Origin: Pelagibacterales bacterium SAG-MED05
GTDB lineage: Bacteria; Pseudomonadota; Alphaproteobacteria; Pelagibacterales; Pelagibacteraceae
Length of the DNA: 64,000 bases
Assembly (NCBI GenBank): GCA_014654415.1
Contig: JACWDC010000002.1
Coordinates: 71,841-135,840 of the forward strand
Reading direction: 5' to 3'
The translations under genes and the position numbers were made by a program. Below the pieces are notes generated by a model that worked only from the letters and a program-made list of their open reading frames with translations, ran no database searches and was not told the origin of the DNA. Below, piece after piece: positions 1-12,399 of the stretch; within the stretch, counting starts at the first letter, position 1; every line of letters begins with the position of its first letter.

Positions 1-125
1 AAAATTAGTTCTATTGACATTAAAATTACAATTACATTTTTTCTATTTAAAAAAATACCAAGTATTCCTAAAAAGAAAATTATTGCTCCTAGTGACAAAT
101 AATGCCCTAAGCCAATTTCAATCAT
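1..125 (-). CDS. nuoK: NADH-quinone oxidoreductase subunit K (5' part, runs off window)
   Basis: Manual translation from ATG at 125: [41 protein letters not shown]; overlaps the nuoJ stop; expected operon order. Confidence 0.93.
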   Translation of the reverse strand, partial: MIEIGLGHYLSLGAIIFFLGILGIFLNRKNVIVILMSIELI

Positions 126-744
126 CTATTTTTACTCCCTTATTAGACTCAACATCTTTGAGCTCAACAGCTGATGAGGGATTTCTTGAAATCTGTTTTA
201 TATAACTTTGTCTTTTTACTCCCACTCTTTCTCTAAAAGTAAGAAGTATTGCCCCAATCATTGATAAAAGTAAAATTACCCCTGCTAATTGAAAATATAA
301 AATAAAATCTGTATACATTACCAAACCTATTTGGTGTGTATTAGATGTATTCGACAAAATTAATGTACTGCTAGACATTAAATCATCTTTATATTTCCAT
401 CCTCCAACCACTACTAATAATTCAAGTAAAACTAAATTTCCTACGATAAGACCTGAATGTATGTGTTTAGTTTCTTTTCCTGTAAACCAAGAATTTTTTT
501 GTTCTGCAACGTTTAACATCATAACCACAAATAAAAACAATACTGCTACTGCTCCAACATAAACAATTAGTAAGATCATGCCCAAAAATTCTGCACCCAC
601 CATAATGAATAAACAGCCAACAGATATAAAATCTAAAATTAAGAAAAAAACGGAATTAATAGTATTTCTTGAAGTTATTACCATCAAAGAAGAAAAGATT
701 GCTATTATTGAAAAAAAATAAAAGAAAATTGAATGAACTATCAT
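118..744 (-). CDS. nuoJ: NADH-quinone oxidoreductase subunit J
   Basis: Hydrophobic protein with [23 protein letters not shown] motif; operon position. Confidence 0.96.
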   Translation of the reverse strand: MIVHSIFFYFFSIIAIFSSLMVITSRNTINSVFFLILDFISVGCLFIMVGAEFLGMILLIVYVGAVAVLFLFVVMMLNVAEQKNSWFTGKETKHIHSGLIVGNLVLLELLVVVGGWKYKDDLMSSSTLILSNTSNTHQIGLVMYTDFILYFQLAGVILLLSMIGAILLTFRERVGVKRQSYIKQISRNPSSAVELKDVESNKGVKIDD

Positions 745-1230
745 CTATCTATATGGTTTATCTAGTTTAATATTTTTTGCTAAAACTGACTCCCATCTAT
801 CACCGTTAGCCAAAAGTTTTTCTTTGTTATAGTAAAGCTCCTCCCTAGTTTCAGTTGCAAACTCAAAATTTGGTCCTTGAACAATAGCATCCACTGGACA
901 AGACTCTTGACATAATCCACAATAAATACATTTAAGCATGTCAATGTCATATCTTGTAGTTTTTCTACTCCCATCATCTCTTTCAGTAGACTCGATTGTG
1001 ATTGCTTGTGCTGGACAAACTGCTTCGCATAGTTTGCAAGCAATACATCTCTCTTCTCCACTAGGATATCTTCTTAAAGCGTGTTCACCTCTCATACGGG
1101 GACTTATAGGTCCTTTTTCAAAAGGATAGTTGATAGTTTTAGATTTTCTAAATAATTCTCTAATTGCTAAATATAATCCGTAAACAAATTCTACAAGAAA
1201 AATAGTTTTCAAAATTCTGCTAATATTCAT
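745..1230 (-). CDS. nuoI: NADH-quinone oxidoreductase subunit I
   Basis: Two CxxCxxCxxxCP ferredoxin motifs; [17 protein letters not shown]. Confidence 0.97.
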   Translation of the reverse strand: MNISRILKTIFLVEFVYGLYLAIRELFRKSKTINYPFEKGPISPRMRGEHALRRYPSGEERCIACKLCEAVCPAQAITIESTERDDGSRKTTRYDIDMLKCIYCGLCQESCPVDAIVQGPNFEFATETREELYYNKEKLLANGDRWESVLAKNIKLDKPYR

Positions 1231-2237
1231 TAAAAATTTCCTTTGGGTAACTTATCAAAATAGAATAAAGAACTCGCTGTCAAAACTAGATAAATTAAAG
1301 AAAAAGGTAAGAAAATTTTCCAGCCTAATTTCATAAGTTGATCGTACCTATATCTAGGAACAATTGCTTTTATTAGTGCAAATAAGAAAAATAAAAATAA
1401 AATTTTAAGAATCATCCAAATTGGAGAAGGTAATATATTAAGTGGATAAATATCGATAATAGGTAACCAACCTCCCAGAAAAAGTAAAGATCCCATTGCA
1501 CACATTAAAAGAATATTTGCATATTCTCCAAGCCAAAACATAGCATACATCATCCCTGAATATTCGGTTTGATACCCAGCTACTAACTCTGCTTCGGCTT
1601 CTGGTAAATCAAAAGGCGGTCTATTTGTTTCTGCAAGTGCAGAAATAAAAAAAATAACAAACATAGGGAATAGTGGTATTATAAACCATATGTCTTTTTG
1701 AGCTAAGACAATATCTTTTAAGTTTAAAGAGCCAACACATAAAAGAACATTTATTATAATTATACCGATCGAAACTTCATAAGAAACCATCTGAGCTGCA
1801 GATCTAATAGCTCCCAAAAAAGGATATTTTGAATTAGAAGCCCATCCGCCCATAATTATTCCATAAACACCAAGCGATGAAATGGCAAATAAATACAAAA
1901 TGCCTACATTTATATCCGATAATACAAGTTCCTCACTCATTGGAATAACTGCCCAAGCTACTAGAGCTAAAGTCATGGTGACGATTGGAGCAAGAATAAA
2001 AACAACTTTATTAGCACTAGCAGGTATAATAATTTCTTTAAAAATATATTTTAAAGCATCTGCTAAAGTTTGAAAAAGACCAAATGGACCGACAACATTC
2101 GGACCTCTTCTTTTTTGAACAAGCCCCCAGACCCTTCTGTCTAACCAAACAATCATTGCTACGGATACAAGTATTGGAACAAGCAAAAAAAGAATTTTAT
2201 AAACTTCCTGACCTAAAATTTGAAAATATTCTAGCAT
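1230..2237 (-). CDS. nuoH: NADH-quinone oxidoreductase subunit H
   Basis: [11 protein letters not shown] and [21 protein letters not shown] motifs. Confidence 0.97.
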   Translation of the reverse strand: MLEYFQILGQEVYKILFLLVPILVSVAMIVWLDRRVWGLVQKRRGPNVVGPFGLFQTLADALKYIFKEIIIPASANKVVFILAPIVTMTLALVAWAVIPMSEELVLSDINVGILYLFAISSLGVYGIIMGGWASNSKYPFLGAIRSAAQMVSYEVSIGIIIINVLLCVGSLNLKDIVLAQKDIWFIIPLFPMFVIFFISALAETNRPPFDLPEAEAELVAGYQTEYSGMMYAMFWLGEYANILLMCAMGSLLFLGGWLPIIDIYPLNILPSPIWMILKILFLFFLFALIKAIVPRYRYDQLMKLGWKIFLPFSLIYLVLTASSLFYFDKLPKGNF

Positions 2238-4291
2238 TAGTTATCAGTACCTGTTTTTTTTGAACTTCGAGTAATCTGACGACATTCACTCATTGTTTTA
2301 GATGCCCGAGAGATAGAATTAGTATAAAAATAGTCTAGTTCTTTAATTAAAATGTCATCACTTATGAAGTTTGTTTCATTGTTTTTATTAAAACTATCTT
2401 TGTAAACAGGAAGCTCATTCAATTTAGAAAAATTTGGTATAGAATTTAAAACTTCTTTTCTTAATAAATTAAAAGTTGATAGATCTTCTGTTTTATTTAA
2501 CTTTTTTATAATTAAGTTGAAAATTTTCCAATCTTCTAAAGCTTCTCCAATAGGATAAGAAGCTTTTTTGCATTCTTGTATTCTACCTTCTAAATTTTCA
2601 TATAAGCCATTTTGTTCTGTATATGCAGGGCTAGGAAGAACCACATCAGCTATTTCTGCACCTCTGTCGCCATGACTTCCTTGATAAATGATAAATTCGT
2701 TATTTTTTTTAAATTCTAAGTTATCTGAGCCTAAAAGATATAATAATTTAAATTCACTATTATTTAATTTTTTAAAGAAAGAATAATCCTTTTCATTTTC
2801 CTTTGACAAAATTTTTAAATCTATCAACCCAACTGTAGATGCATTTTGTGGTAAAAAGTTTAGTGCATTCCAATCTTTTTTTATAAAATTATTTTTATTT
2901 AAGAAATTTTTGACTTCTTCAAAAATATATTTTCCACTTTTAAGACTTAAGGTAGACTCACCAATTATAATAATCGGTTTTTTTGAAGACAATAATTTTT
3001 TTGAAAATTCAACTTCTTTATTTAATATCTTTTTTATATCATCTGATTTATTTCCTAAAATAGTATAATCGTACGTGAGATCTCCTGGGTTACCTATAGA
3101 AAATATAGGAGTTTTTTTTTGCACATAAGCTTTTCTTATTCTAGCATTTAGCATGGTAGCTTCATGTCTTGGATTCGTTCCGATTAATAGGATTAGATCG
3201 GAGTCCTCTATACCTCTAATTGAAGAGTTAAATAAATAATTGATTTTCTCCGAGGAGTTTACATAAAATTTTTTTTCTCTAAATTCTATATTGTTGCTAT
3301 TCAGAATTTTAAATAATTTTTTGAAAGCTAAAGCATTTTCTAAATTAACCATATCACCAATGTGTCCAGCTATTTCATTTGAGTTAATTGCCTTAATCTT
3401 ATTAAATACAAGATCAATTGCTTCCTCCCAGCTTGATTTTTGTAATCTATTATCTTTTTTTATATATGGAGCATCAAGTCTTTGTTTTAAAAGACCGTCA
3501 CAAGAATATCTTGTCTTGTCTGAGATCCATTCTTCATTAATTTCATTGTTAAGTCTTGGAAGTATTCTTTTAACTTCCCAATTATAGGAATCTACTCTTA
3601 TGTTTGAGCCAACTGCATCCATTACATCAATGCTCTCAGTTTTTTTTAATTCCCACGGTCTAGCTTCAAAAGCATATGGTTTTGAAGTTAAAGCCCCTAC
3701 TGGACATAAGTCTATTACATTAGCTGAAAGTTCAGACTCCATCGCCTTTTCCAAATAAGTAGTGATCTCCATATTCTCACCTCTACCTATGGCACATATC
3801 TCAGGAACTCCGGCTACTTCAGTGGCAAATCTTACACATCTTGTGCAATGAATGCAGCGAGTCATTTGGGTTTTTATTAAAGGACCCATATATTTTTCTT
3901 TAACTTGTCTTTTATTTTCAACAAATCTAGATTTATCTATACCGTAAAACATTGATTGATCTTGTAAATCACACTCTCCTCCTTGATCGCAAACAGGACA
4001 ATCTAAAGGATGATTGGCTAATAAAAATTCCATTACACCTTTTCTAGCTTTTTCAACAAAAGCAGTATTCGTTTTAATATTCATGCCTTCAACAGCTGGC
4101 ATAGCGCAAGAGGCAATAGGTTTTGATGACTTTTCCATTTCAACCAAACACATTCTGCAATTTCCTGCTATAGATAATTTTTCGTGATAACAAAACCGTG
4201 GTATTTCTACATGAGCAAGTTCACAAGCTTGTAAAACTGTCATGCCTTTTTCAAATTCTATTTCTTGTCCATTAATATTAATTTTAGGCAT
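2237..4291 (-). CDS. nuoG: NADH-quinone oxidoreductase subunit G
   Basis: [41 protein letters not shown]; start moved to MPKIN at 4291. Confidence 0.96.
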   Translation of the reverse strand: MPKININGQEIEFEKGMTVLQACELAHVEIPRFCYHEKLSIAGNCRMCLVEMEKSSKPIASCAMPAVEGMNIKTNTAFVEKARKGVMEFLLANHPLDCPVCDQGGECDLQDQSMFYGIDKSRFVENKRQVKEKYMGPLIKTQMTRCIHCTRCVRFATEVAGVPEICAIGRGENMEITTYLEKAMESELSANVIDLCPVGALTSKPYAFEARPWELKKTESIDVMDAVGSNIRVDSYNWEVKRILPRLNNEINEEWISDKTRYSCDGLLKQRLDAPYIKKDNRLQKSSWEEAIDLVFNKIKAINSNEIAGHIGDMVNLENALAFKKLFKILNSNNIEFREKKFYVNSSEKINYLFNSSIRGIEDSDLILLIGTNPRHEATMLNARIRKAYVQKKTPIFSIGNPGDLTYDYTILGNKSDDIKKILNKEVEFSKKLLSSKKPIIIIGESTLSLKSGKYIFEEVKNFLNKNNFIKKDWNALNFLPQNASTVGLIDLKILSKENEKDYSFFKKLNNSEFKLLYLLGSDNLEFKKNNEFIIYQGSHGDRGAEIADVVLPSPAYTEQNGLYENLEGRIQECKKASYPIGEALEDWKIFNLIIKKLNKTEDLSTFNLLRKEVLNSIPNFSKLNELPVYKDSFNKNNETNFISDDILIKELDYFYTNSISRASKTMSECRQITRSSKKTGTDN

Positions 4292-5615
4292 TCTTATTCT
4301 CCAACAAGTGTTGATCAACTAAATATGGATTATCTATTTTTTTCTTTATTAAAGGTTCTTCTCTACAACGACTTTCTATTTCTTTTCTAAAATGTCTTAA
4401 TAACCCTTGAACTGGCCACGCAGATCCTTCACCAAATGCACATATTGTGTGTCCTTCAATTTGTTTTGTTACATCAGATAATAAATCAATATCCCTGAAG
4501 GTTGCTTTTCTTTTAGCTACTCTATCAAGAATTCTCCACATCCAACCTGAACCCTCTCTACAAGGTGTACACTGACCACAACTTTCGTGTTTATAGAATC
4601 TTGCTATTCTTGCCATGCAAGAAACGATGTCTTGATCTTTATTTATAACAACTATTCCTGCTGTACCTAATCCACTTTTGTTTTCAATTAAAGAGTCAAA
4701 GTCCATTGTAATCTTATCACATATCTTTTTTGATAATAAAGGCATTGATGAGCCTCCAGGAATTACTGCCTGAAGATTTTCCCAGCCTCCGACGACACCA
4801 CCTGCATATTTCTCGATTAATTCTTTAAGCGAAATACCCATTTCTTCTTCAACATTACATGGTGAATTTACGTTTCCAGAAATACAAAATATTTTAGTCC
4901 CAGTATTTTTTGGTTTACCGATTGAAGCAAACCATTTACCGCCTCTTCTAAGAATTGTTGGCACAACAGCTATTGTTTCTACATTGTTAACAATTGTTGG
5001 GCATCCGTATAAACCAACCAATGCTGGAAAAGGAGGTTTCAATCTTGGCTGCCCTTTATTTCCTTCCATGCTCTCTAATAAAGCAGTTTCTTCACCACAA
5101 ATATAAGCGCCTGCTCCGTAGTGAATATGAATGTCAAAATCCCATCCAGAACCACAGGCATTTTTGCCTAAAAAATTTTTTTTATACGCTTGATTAATAG
5201 CCTCTTGTAATCTTTTACCTTCATTAAGGTATTCTCCTCTAATATAAATGTAACAAATATGAGCGTTCACTGCATAACCTGCGATAAAACAACCTTCAAT
5301 TAATTTTTGAGGTTCAAACCTTAATATATCTCTATCTTTGCAAGTTCCAGGTTCTGATTCATCTGCATTAATGACTAAGTAATGTGGTCTAGAACCGACC
5401 TCTTTAGGAGCGAACGACCATTTAAGACCTGTGGAAAAACCCGCTCCTCCTCTTCCTCTAAGTTCAGAAGTTTTTACTTCGTTAATAATCCATTCCCTTC
5501 CTTTAGAAATTATATTTTTAGTTTCTTTCCAATCATTTCTTTTGATTGAGTTATCAATTTCCCAACCCAGTTCATTATAAAGATTTGTAAAAATTTTATC
5601 TTCCGGCTTAAGCAT
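4284..5615 (-). CDS. nuoF: NADH-quinone oxidoreductase subunit F
   Basis: [43 protein letters not shown]. Confidence 0.97.
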   Translation of the reverse strand: MLKPEDKIFTNLYNELGWEIDNSIKRNDWKETKNIISKGREWIINEVKTSELRGRGGAGFSTGLKWSFAPKEVGSRPHYLVINADESEPGTCKDRDILRFEPQKLIEGCFIAGYAVNAHICYIYIRGEYLNEGKRLQEAINQAYKKNFLGKNACGSGWDFDIHIHYGAGAYICGEETALLESMEGNKGQPRLKPPFPALVGLYGCPTIVNNVETIAVVPTILRRGGKWFASIGKPKNTGTKIFCISGNVNSPCNVEEEMGISLKELIEKYAGGVVGGWENLQAVIPGGSSMPLLSKKICDKITMDFDSLIENKSGLGTAGIVVINKDQDIVSCMARIARFYKHESCGQCTPCREGSGWMWRILDRVAKRKATFRDIDLLSDVTKQIEGHTICAFGEGSAWPVQGLLRHFRKEIESRCREEPLIKKKIDNPYLVDQHLLENKNA

Positions 5616-6213
5616 AATTTTCTCCGTTTTTTAATTGTTTTTTTTCAGGAGCAGTGTTCTTACGCCCTCTGTAAGAACCTGGTTTTAAAGGTTTATCTTT
5701 TATTAAAGAGTCTAAAATCTCAATCGTACTTTTTTCATCTAGATCTTCGTAGTAATCATCGTTAATTTGTATCATTGGCGCACTTACACAAGCACCTAAA
5801 CATTCTACTTCCATCCAAGAACAAATGCCGTCTTTAGATAGTTTGTTTTCATTAGGCGAAATCTTTTCTTTGCATAGTTTTACAATTTTATCTGCTCCAC
5901 GAATAAGACAAGGTGTTGTAGTGCAAACTTGTACAAAATGTTTACCTACTGGAGCGAGGTTATACATAGTATAAAATGTTGCTATTTCGTAAACTGAAAT
6001 GTAAGGCATTGAAAGATACTTAGCTATGTACTTTAGTGCTGCTAATGGAATCCAATTATTATTTTGTCTCTGCGCTAAATAAAGAAAAGGCATAACAGCA
6101 CTCTTTCTATTTTTCTCAGGGTACCTTTTAAGTATTTCTTCAGCTTTTATTAAATTCTCGTTTGAAAATTTAAATTCTTTGGGTTGTTCAGAATGTACTT
6201 GCTTTAAACTCAT
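5608..6213 (-). CDS. nuoE: NADH-quinone oxidoreductase subunit E
   Basis: ATFYTMY, VCTTTPC, ECLGAC 2Fe-2S ligands. Confidence 0.96.
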   Translation of the reverse strand: MSLKQVHSEQPKEFKFSNENLIKAEEILKRYPEKNRKSAVMPFLYLAQRQNNNWIPLAALKYIAKYLSMPYISVYEIATFYTMYNLAPVGKHFVQVCTTTPCLIRGADKIVKLCKEKISPNENKLSKDGICSWMEVECLGACVSAPMIQINDDYYEDLDEKSTIEILDSLIKDKPLKPGSYRGRKNTAPEKKQLKNGENYA

Positions 6214-7385
6214 CGATCTACTTCTCCGAAAACTATATCTAAAGATCCAAGAACCGCTGGTACGTCTGCTAACATATGGCCACGAATTAAATAATCCATT
6301 GCTTGAAGATGAGAAAAACCTGGGGCTCTAATTTTACACCTATAAGGCTTGTTGCTTCCATCCGATATTAAATAAACACCGAACTCTCCTTTAGGTGCTT
6401 CTACAGCTGTGTAAACATTACCTTTAGGTACTCTATAACCTTCTGTAAATAATTTAAAATGATGAATTAAAGCTTCCATAGATTGTTTTATGTCATCTCT
6501 TTTTGGAGGAGATATTTTTCCGTCTATTGATTTAACAGGTCCTTTTGGAATCTTTTCTACACATTGTAAAATAATTTTTACACTTTCTCTCATTTCCTCA
6601 ATTCTGCAAAGATAGCGATCATAGCAATCACCATTTTTTCCTACAGGAATTTTAAAATCTAAATCTTTATATATTTCATAAGGCTGTGATTTTCTTAAAT
6701 CCCAAGGAACACCAGATCCTCTTAGCATTACGCCTGAAAAGCTATGATCTAAGGCTTCTTTTTTTGTTACTATTCCGATTTCAACATTTCTTTGTTTGAA
6801 TATACGATTGTCAGTCAAAAGGCCTTCTAAGTCGTCTATAATTTTTGGAAAAGATTTACAAAATTTTTCAATATCGTCTATTAATCTTAAGGGTATATCT
6901 TGATTAACACCCCCTGTTCTAAAATAGTTAGCATGTAATCTCGATCCTGAAGCCCTTTCATAAAAAGTCATTAAAGTTTCTCTTTCTTCAAATCCCCATA
7001 AAGATGGTGTTAAAGCTCCAACATCTAAAGCTTGAGTGCCAACATTTAAAATATGACTTAAGATTCTTCCAATTTCACAAAAAATTACTCTAATATATTT
7101 TGCTCGAATTGGAACTTCAACATTTAACAATTTTTCTGCAGCTAAAGCAAAAGCATGTTCTTGATTCATAGGAGCTACATAATCTAGTCTGTCAAAATAA
7201 GGTAATGCTTGGGTGTATGTTTTGTGCTCAATAAGTTTTTCAGTTCCTCTATGAAGCAATCCAATATGTGGGTCTGCTTTTTCTACAACCTCTCCATCTA
7301 ATTCTAGTATTAATCTTAAAACACCATGAGCAGCAGGGTGTTGAGGTCCAAAGTTTAAATTTAAAGATTTAGTTTTTTTTGCCAT
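6210..7385 (-). CDS. nuoD: NADH-quinone oxidoreductase subunit D
   Basis: [25 protein letters not shown]-terminal DIVFGEVDR. Confidence 0.97.
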   Translation of the reverse strand: MAKKTKSLNLNFGPQHPAAHGVLRLILELDGEVVEKADPHIGLLHRGTEKLIEHKTYTQALPYFDRLDYVAPMNQEHAFALAAEKLLNVEVPIRAKYIRVIFCEIGRILSHILNVGTQALDVGALTPSLWGFEERETLMTFYERASGSRLHANYFRTGGVNQDIPLRLIDDIEKFCKSFPKIIDDLEGLLTDNRIFKQRNVEIGIVTKKEALDHSFSGVMLRGSGVPWDLRKSQPYEIYKDLDFKIPVGKNGDCYDRYLCRIEEMRESVKIILQCVEKIPKGPVKSIDGKISPPKRDDIKQSMEALIHHFKLFTEGYRVPKGNVYTAVEAPKGEFGVYLISDGSNKPYRCKIRAPGFSHLQAMDYLIRGHMLADVPAVLGSLDIVFGEVDR

Positions 7386-7986
7386 CTTTTTTTAAATTTT
7401 TAATTTCTTTAACATAGCTAGTTCCCTCCCAGGGGCTTTCAAAATCAAAATTTCTATAATTTTGTTCAAGCTTAACAGGCTCATAAATAACTTTTTTTTC
7501 TTTTTCACTGTATCTAACTTCATTAAAACCAGTTAAAGGAAAATCTTTTCTCAAAGGATGTCCTTTAAAACCATAATCAGTCAAAATTCTCCTTAAATCA
7601 GGATGATTTTTAAATTTTATTCCGTACATATCAAATACTTCTCTCTCCATCCAATTGGCAGAAGGAAAAATTTTAGTAATTGAACTTATTGTTTGATTTG
7701 TTTGAAATCTAACTGAAAGTTTTATTCTATTATTATTCTCGTGAGACAAAAAAAGATAAACTAGTTGAAATCTTTTTTCTTCTTCGGGATAGTCAACTCC
7801 TGCAATATCAATTAATTGTCTAAATTTACATTTTTCATTAGACTTTAAAAATTGCACAACATCAACCAATTCAGATTCATTAATTTCAATTAAAAATTCA
7901 TTGTGTTCAATAATTGATTTTTGAATTTTGCTTGATAATTCTGAATTAACTAATTTTTCAAGTTTTTGTAAACTTTCTGTTATCAT
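7369..7986 (-). CDS. nuoC: NADH-quinone oxidoreductase subunit C
   Basis: [34 protein letters not shown]; start moved to ATG at 7986, coupled to the nuoB stop. Confidence 0.95.
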   Translation of the reverse strand: MITESLQKLEKLVNSELSSKIQKSIIEHNEFLIEINESELVDVVQFLKSNEKCKFRQLIDIAGVDYPEEEKRFQLVYLFLSHENNNRIKLSVRFQTNQTISSITKIFPSANWMEREVFDMYGIKFKNHPDLRRILTDYGFKGHPLRKDFPLTGFNEVRYSEKEKKVIYEPVKLEQNYRNFDFESPWEGTSYVKEIKNLKKDGKKN

Positions 7987-8522
7987 TATCTTTGTAAAGT
8001 TCCCTCTCTTCTTATTTTCTTTTGAAGTTGTAAAATACCATAAAGAAGCGCTTCTGCAGATGGGGGGCATCCAGGAATATAAATATCAACCGGAACTATT
8101 TTATCGCAACCTCTTACAACTGAGTAAGAGTAGTGATAATAACCTCCTCCGTTTGCACAGCTTCCCATCGAAACAACATACCTAGGCTCAGGCATCTGAT
8201 CATAAACTTTTCTAAGAGCTGGGGCCATTTTATTTGTTAAAGTTCCAGCAACAATCATCACATCTGATTGTCTGGGTGAGGCTCTAGGAGCTGCACCAAA
8301 TCTTTCAAGATCATATCTGGGCATAGAAGTTTGCATCATTTCTACTGCGCAACAAGCAAGACCAAATGTCATCCAATGTAAAGATCCTGTTCTAGCCCAA
8401 TTAATTAAATTTTCAGTTGATGTTGTTATAAAGCCTTTTTCAGCAAAATCTTTTGCTAAATCTTTAAATTCTTCAGGTATTTCTTTTTGTTTTTTAGAGA
8501 ATGAATCAAAATTTACTCCCAT
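7986..8522 (-). CDS. nuoB: NADH-quinone oxidoreductase subunit B
   Basis: [27 protein letters not shown]; start probably MGVNF at 8522. Confidence 0.96.
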   Translation of the reverse strand: MGVNFDSFSKKQKEIPEEFKDLAKDFAEKGFITTSTENLINWARTGSLHWMTFGLACCAVEMMQTSMPRYDLERFGAAPRASPRQSDVMIVAGTLTNKMAPALRKVYDQMPEPRYVVSMGSCANGGGYYHYSYSVVRGCDKIVPVDIYIPGCPPSAEALLYGILQLQKKIRREGTLQR

Positions 8523-8881
8523 TCCAAAGCTCCTTTTTTCCACTCATAAATAAATCCAACTGTTAAAATAGCCAAAAAAATCATCATCGACCAAAAACCA
8601 AGTGCACCTATACTTCCCAGAGATATTGCCCATGGGAAAAGGAATGCTATTTCTAAATCAAATATGATGAATAAAATTGCTACTAAATAAAACCTTACAT
8701 CAAACTCCATTCTAGAATCATCAAAAGCTTCAAAACCACATTCGTATGCAGATAATTTTTCGGGATCAGGGTTAGAAGGTGATGCTAAAAAATTTATGAT
8801 GATAAAACCAATGCTTAAAAATAAAGCAATAAATAAAAAAATTATTATTGAGAGATAGTCTGATAAAAAATTATAAATCAT
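8513..8881 (-). CDS. nuoA: NADH-quinone oxidoreductase subunit A
   Basis: [32 protein letters not shown]. Confidence 0.97.
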   Translation of the reverse strand: MIYNFLSDYLSIIIFLFIALFLSIGFIIINFLASPSNPDPEKLSAYECGFEAFDDSRMEFDVRFYLVAILFIIFDLEIAFLFPWAISLGSIGALGFWSMMIFLAILTVGFIYEWKKGALEWE

Positions 8882-9024
8882 GTTTAATCAATACCTACTT
8901 CAATACATATAGTTTGAAGGTTATTATATTAATCGTAGGTTATTTATAACATTTAGAATGAAAGTGTACAGAGAACAAAGGACGCATTCTTTAATAATCT
9001 TAGATGAAAATGATTATCATGTGG

Positions 9025-9102
9025 TGGCGGGAGTGACCGGGCTCGAACCGGCGACCTCCTGCGTGACAGGCAGGCGCTCTAACCAAACTGAGCTACACCC
9101 CC
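9025..9102 (-). tRNA. tRNA-Asp(GTC)
   Basis: Reverse complement GGGGGTGTAGCTCAG...CCTGC-CTGTCAC-GCAGG...GGTTCGAGCCC...CACTCCC-G-CCA; acceptor stem pairs; anticodon GTC. Confidence 0.96.
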
Positions 9103-9112
9103 ACACAATTAA

Positions 9113-9188
9113 TGGTGGGCGGTAAAGGACTCGAACCTATGACCCTCTCGGTGTAAACGAGATGCTCTACCAACTGAGCTAACCGCCC
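9113..9188 (-). tRNA. tRNA-Val(TAC)
   Basis: Reverse complement GGGCGGTTAGCTCAG...TCTCG-TTTACAC-CGAGA...GGTTCGAGTCC...CCGCCCACCA; 76 nt. Confidence 0.96.
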
Positions 9189-9277
9189 TTATTAAACAAA
9201 ATCGACATATACAGTAAATAGTTTATAAAGTAAAAAAGTATTTAATTTTTAATAAATACCAGTAATATTGAGAAATT

Positions 9278-9799
9278 ATGATTTTAAGCTGCAATTCATG
9301 CGAAAAAAAATTTGTAGTACCTGACAATGCTATTGGGGTCAATGGAAGACTGGTTCAATGCAGTTCGTGTGGTAATCAATGGAAACAATTTCCAATAAAA
9401 ATTGATAAGGAAGTTAAGTCAAAAAAAATAGAATTTAAGGTAAAATCAACACCAAAAAAAATAAAAAGTTATACTAAAACAACTAAGCAAAAAATTAAAA
9501 AAAAAACTGGTCCAGACTTATACTCACCAGAGTATCTGGCAAAAAAACATGGCATCAAGATCGACTCAAAACCAACTCCTAAAAATAAAATAACCAAGGA
9601 TAAAACAAAAAATAGTTTTGGATTTTATTATTCTCTTATTGTTTCAATTATAATTGCAACATTTCTTTTAAGATTGCTATACTTTACACAAGATATTATT
9701 ATAGAAAAATTACCAATTTTAGAAATTTATATAAATTATTTGTTTGAGTCTATTAGGAATATAAAAGATATTATTCAAAATTTCTTTTCAAATTATTAA
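9278..9799 (+). CDS. MJ0042-type zinc-ribbon membrane protein (ZitP-like N-terminus)
   Basis: N-terminal CxxC...G..VQCxxC..W, Lys-rich linker, one C-terminal hydrophobic segment. Confidence 0.75.
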   Translation: MILSCNSCEKKFVVPDNAIGVNGRLVQCSSCGNQWKQFPIKIDKEVKSKKIEFKVKSTPKKIKSYTKTTKQKIKKKTGPDLYSPEYLAKKHGIKIDSKPTPKNKITKDKTKNSFGFYYSLIVSIIIATFLLRLLYFTQDIIIEKLPILEIYINYLFESIRNIKDIIQNFFSNY

Positions 9800-9802
9800 A
9801 TC

Positions 9803-12346
9803 CTACTCCAAATTTTTAATATTTATAAAATTGTCAGATAATTCTGAATTGTTTTTTTTAATATCTTCAAAAAAATTCCAAGCTAAAACAATAATTGTAT
9901 TTTTTTTATCTTTAATTACAGACTTCTTTTTTATGGGAATTTTTACCCCTGGTAAAAATTTATTGTGCTTTAGTTTATTGTCTTCAATAATAAAATCGAT
10001 CTCTTTTTTAACACCAAAAAAATTCAATGCAGTAGTAGCTTTTGCTGGGGCTCCATAACCAATAACTAAATTATTTTTTTCTTTTAATTTTTTAAGATTT
10101 TTAACAACATTATCTCTAATTTTATAAACTTTTTTTCCAAAGTCTTGGTAAGTTTTAAAATTTTTAATTCCAAATTTTTCTTCATCTTTAAGCATTTTTT
10201 TTACACTATTTTCAATTTTAACTTTTTTATTTTTTTTGATGTACACTCTTAATGAGCCTCCATGAGTACTTATCATTTCTGATCTAAATATTTTTGCATC
10301 AAATTGATTAAAAAAGTTTACCAAAGAAGTTAAAGACCAATAATTATAATGTTCATGATAAATATTATCAAAAGTTAAATCTTTTAATGTATTTAATAAA
10401 TATTGAATTTCTATAATAATAGTTCCATTTTTTCCTAATAATTTAAGCATACATTCGGCCATTTCTTTTAATCTATCAGAATGTGCAAAAACATTAGATG
10501 CTAAAATTAAATCAGCATTTTTTTTAAGTTTTGTTAAATTTTTTTTCTCTAAAAAACCATTAAAGGTTTTAATTTTATTTTTATTTGCAAGTTTAGCCAA
10601 ATTTTTTGCTGGCTCTATACCAAGAATATTTTTATACCCTATATCTATAAATGGTTTTAAAGCAACTCCATCATTGCTACCTACGTCGATGATGAATGAT
10701 TTTTTTTTATTTAATTTTAAATCTTTTACATATTTTTTTGTTGCATTAACAAAGTGATCTCTAAATAATTTAGATGTAGAAGATGTATAAAGATAGTTAG
10801 AAAACATTTTTTTAGGATCAATCGCAACAGAAAGTTGACAATTATAACATTTCTCACAATAATTCACTTCCAAAGGATATAGTTCACACTGCTCATCAGC
10901 TTTTCTAAGTAAATTATTTGCCAACGGTTGATATCCTAGAGAAACTACTCTTTTCAAATTTGTATTGCCGCATGATCTGCAATCAAATTTGTAATACTTG
11001 AGCAATAAATTCTTTTCTTTTTCATCAACAAATACATGTTTTATTGTATGAGTTATTCCATAATTATCGTGGTCTCTTTCGCCTCTGACTAAATTTAAAA
11101 AAGTTGTATCTTTAGTAAAAACCATAGTATGCGCTACGTTTGGTTTTATTATAGAAAGCTGACCTTCGCTAACAACTTGCGTAATTTTTGGTGAGTTAGG
11201 GTTAATTATATCCTGAAAAATTTCAATAATTTGACCTTTTGTAAATAAACATTTTTGTTCTTGTTGTGGATGGTAATGATTAGCTCGAATTGTTCCTTTT
11301 TTTGAATTTATCATTCCAATTAAATTAATTGGTTCAGTTAATTCATGATTACTAATTTTACCTCTCTTATCCTCAAATAAATTATCTCCATCTCGGACGT
11401 GTTCTAAATCTTTAATTAAATCTTGTTGAGACCATTTTGTAATCATTTCCTTAATGCTTTCATTTAAACTATATAAAAACTTAAATCCGGTATTTAGAAT
11501 TTTTTCATTTGATAGAGAAAATCCTAAATTTGGAATTTCATCATTTGTTTCTCTTAATGTTATTTTTGAATTATGTTTTTTACAAATTTCTGCAACTTTT
11601 TTAACTGTTAAGGTGTCTTTAGTTAAATTAAATGTTTCAGAAGATAAATCCTCTCTCTCCTCCATAAATTTAAAACATCTTGCTACATCAATTAAAGGCA
11701 CTAAACTTTTTACCTGTCTTCCACCTGAAAAAAGTTTAAGTATTCCATTTTGGGAGGCAATTTTTGAAAACAAATTAGGCATTATGTCGATACGAGTTGT
11801 GTCAGTTGAATAACCATATACTGAACCAAGCCTTAAAATCACATAATTTTTTCCAGAATCTCTAAGTTGTTTTTCATTTATTGCTTTGGAAGATGAATAA
11901 GATAATACTGGTTTCGTTTCCTCATTTTCTTTTATATCATTTTTAACTTTGTTAATTCCTTCGTAAACTACGTGGGTAGAAGGAAAAATTATTTTACATT
12001 TTTTACTGATAGTATCTAAAATATTTTGAGTGCCTTTTTCACCAACAAGTTTAATCTTTTCATCTATGTGTGCATTTGAATCACTTTTAGTTCTTGGCAC
12101 ATCAGTTATACCTGCCAAATGGTGCACAATGTCAGCATCTTTAAAATATTTATTTATAAGATCTTTATTTAAAATATCTCCATGAACAAATTCCATATTC
12201 CAGTTTCGAATTTGACTCACTCTTTCTGATATAAATCTATTGTCAATTACAATTATTTTATGATGCCAACTAACTCCTGAATATATTTTACAGAGCTCTG
12301 TTCCTATATACCCAAGACCTCCAGTAATAATGATTTTTTTTTTCAT
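9803..12346 (-). CDS. Fusion: NAD-dependent sugar epimerase/reductase (SDR) + cupin + Zn-binding SAM-dependent sugar C-methyltransferase
   Basis: TGGLGYIG and YSSSK (SDR); RANHYH...PNVAH (cupin); CRSC/CEKC, DVGSNDG, YHEHYNY, GYGAPAKA (C-methyltransferase); start moved to MKKKII. Confidence 0.85.
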   Translation of the reverse strand: MKKKIIITGGLGYIGTELCKIYSGVSWHHKIIVIDNRFISERVSQIRNWNMEFVHGDILNKDLINKYFKDADIVHHLAGITDVPRTKSDSNAHIDEKIKLVGEKGTQNILDTISKKCKIIFPSTHVVYEGINKVKNDIKENEETKPVLSYSSSKAINEKQLRDSGKNYVILRLGSVYGYSTDTTRIDIMPNLFSKIASQNGILKLFSGGRQVKSLVPLIDVARCFKFMEEREDLSSETFNLTKDTLTVKKVAEICKKHNSKITLRETNDEIPNLGFSLSNEKILNTGFKFLYSLNESIKEMITKWSQQDLIKDLEHVRDGDNLFEDKRGKISNHELTEPINLIGMINSKKGTIRANHYHPQQEQKCLFTKGQIIEIFQDIINPNSPKITQVVSEGQLSIIKPNVAHTMVFTKDTTFLNLVRGERDHDNYGITHTIKHVFVDEKEKNLLLKYYKFDCRSCGNTNLKRVVSLGYQPLANNLLRKADEQCELYPLEVNYCEKCYNCQLSVAIDPKKMFSNYLYTSSTSKLFRDHFVNATKKYVKDLKLNKKKSFIIDVGSNDGVALKPFIDIGYKNILGIEPAKNLAKLANKNKIKTFNGFLEKKNLTKLKKNADLILASNVFAHSDRLKEMAECMLKLLGKNGTIIIEIQYLLNTLKDLTFDNIYHEHYNYWSLTSLVNFFNQFDAKIFRSEMISTHGGSLRVYIKKNKKVKIENSVKKMLKDEEKFGIKNFKTYQDFGKKVYKIRDNVVKNLKKLKEKNNLVIGYGAPAKATTALNFFGVKKEIDFIIEDNKLKHNKFLPGVKIPIKKKSVIKDKKNTIIVLAWNFFEDIKKNNSELSDNFINIKNLE

Positions 12347-12399
12347 ATGATTGTCTATTTGCATTTACTTATAGTAAATTTTATTATAACTCAATTATC

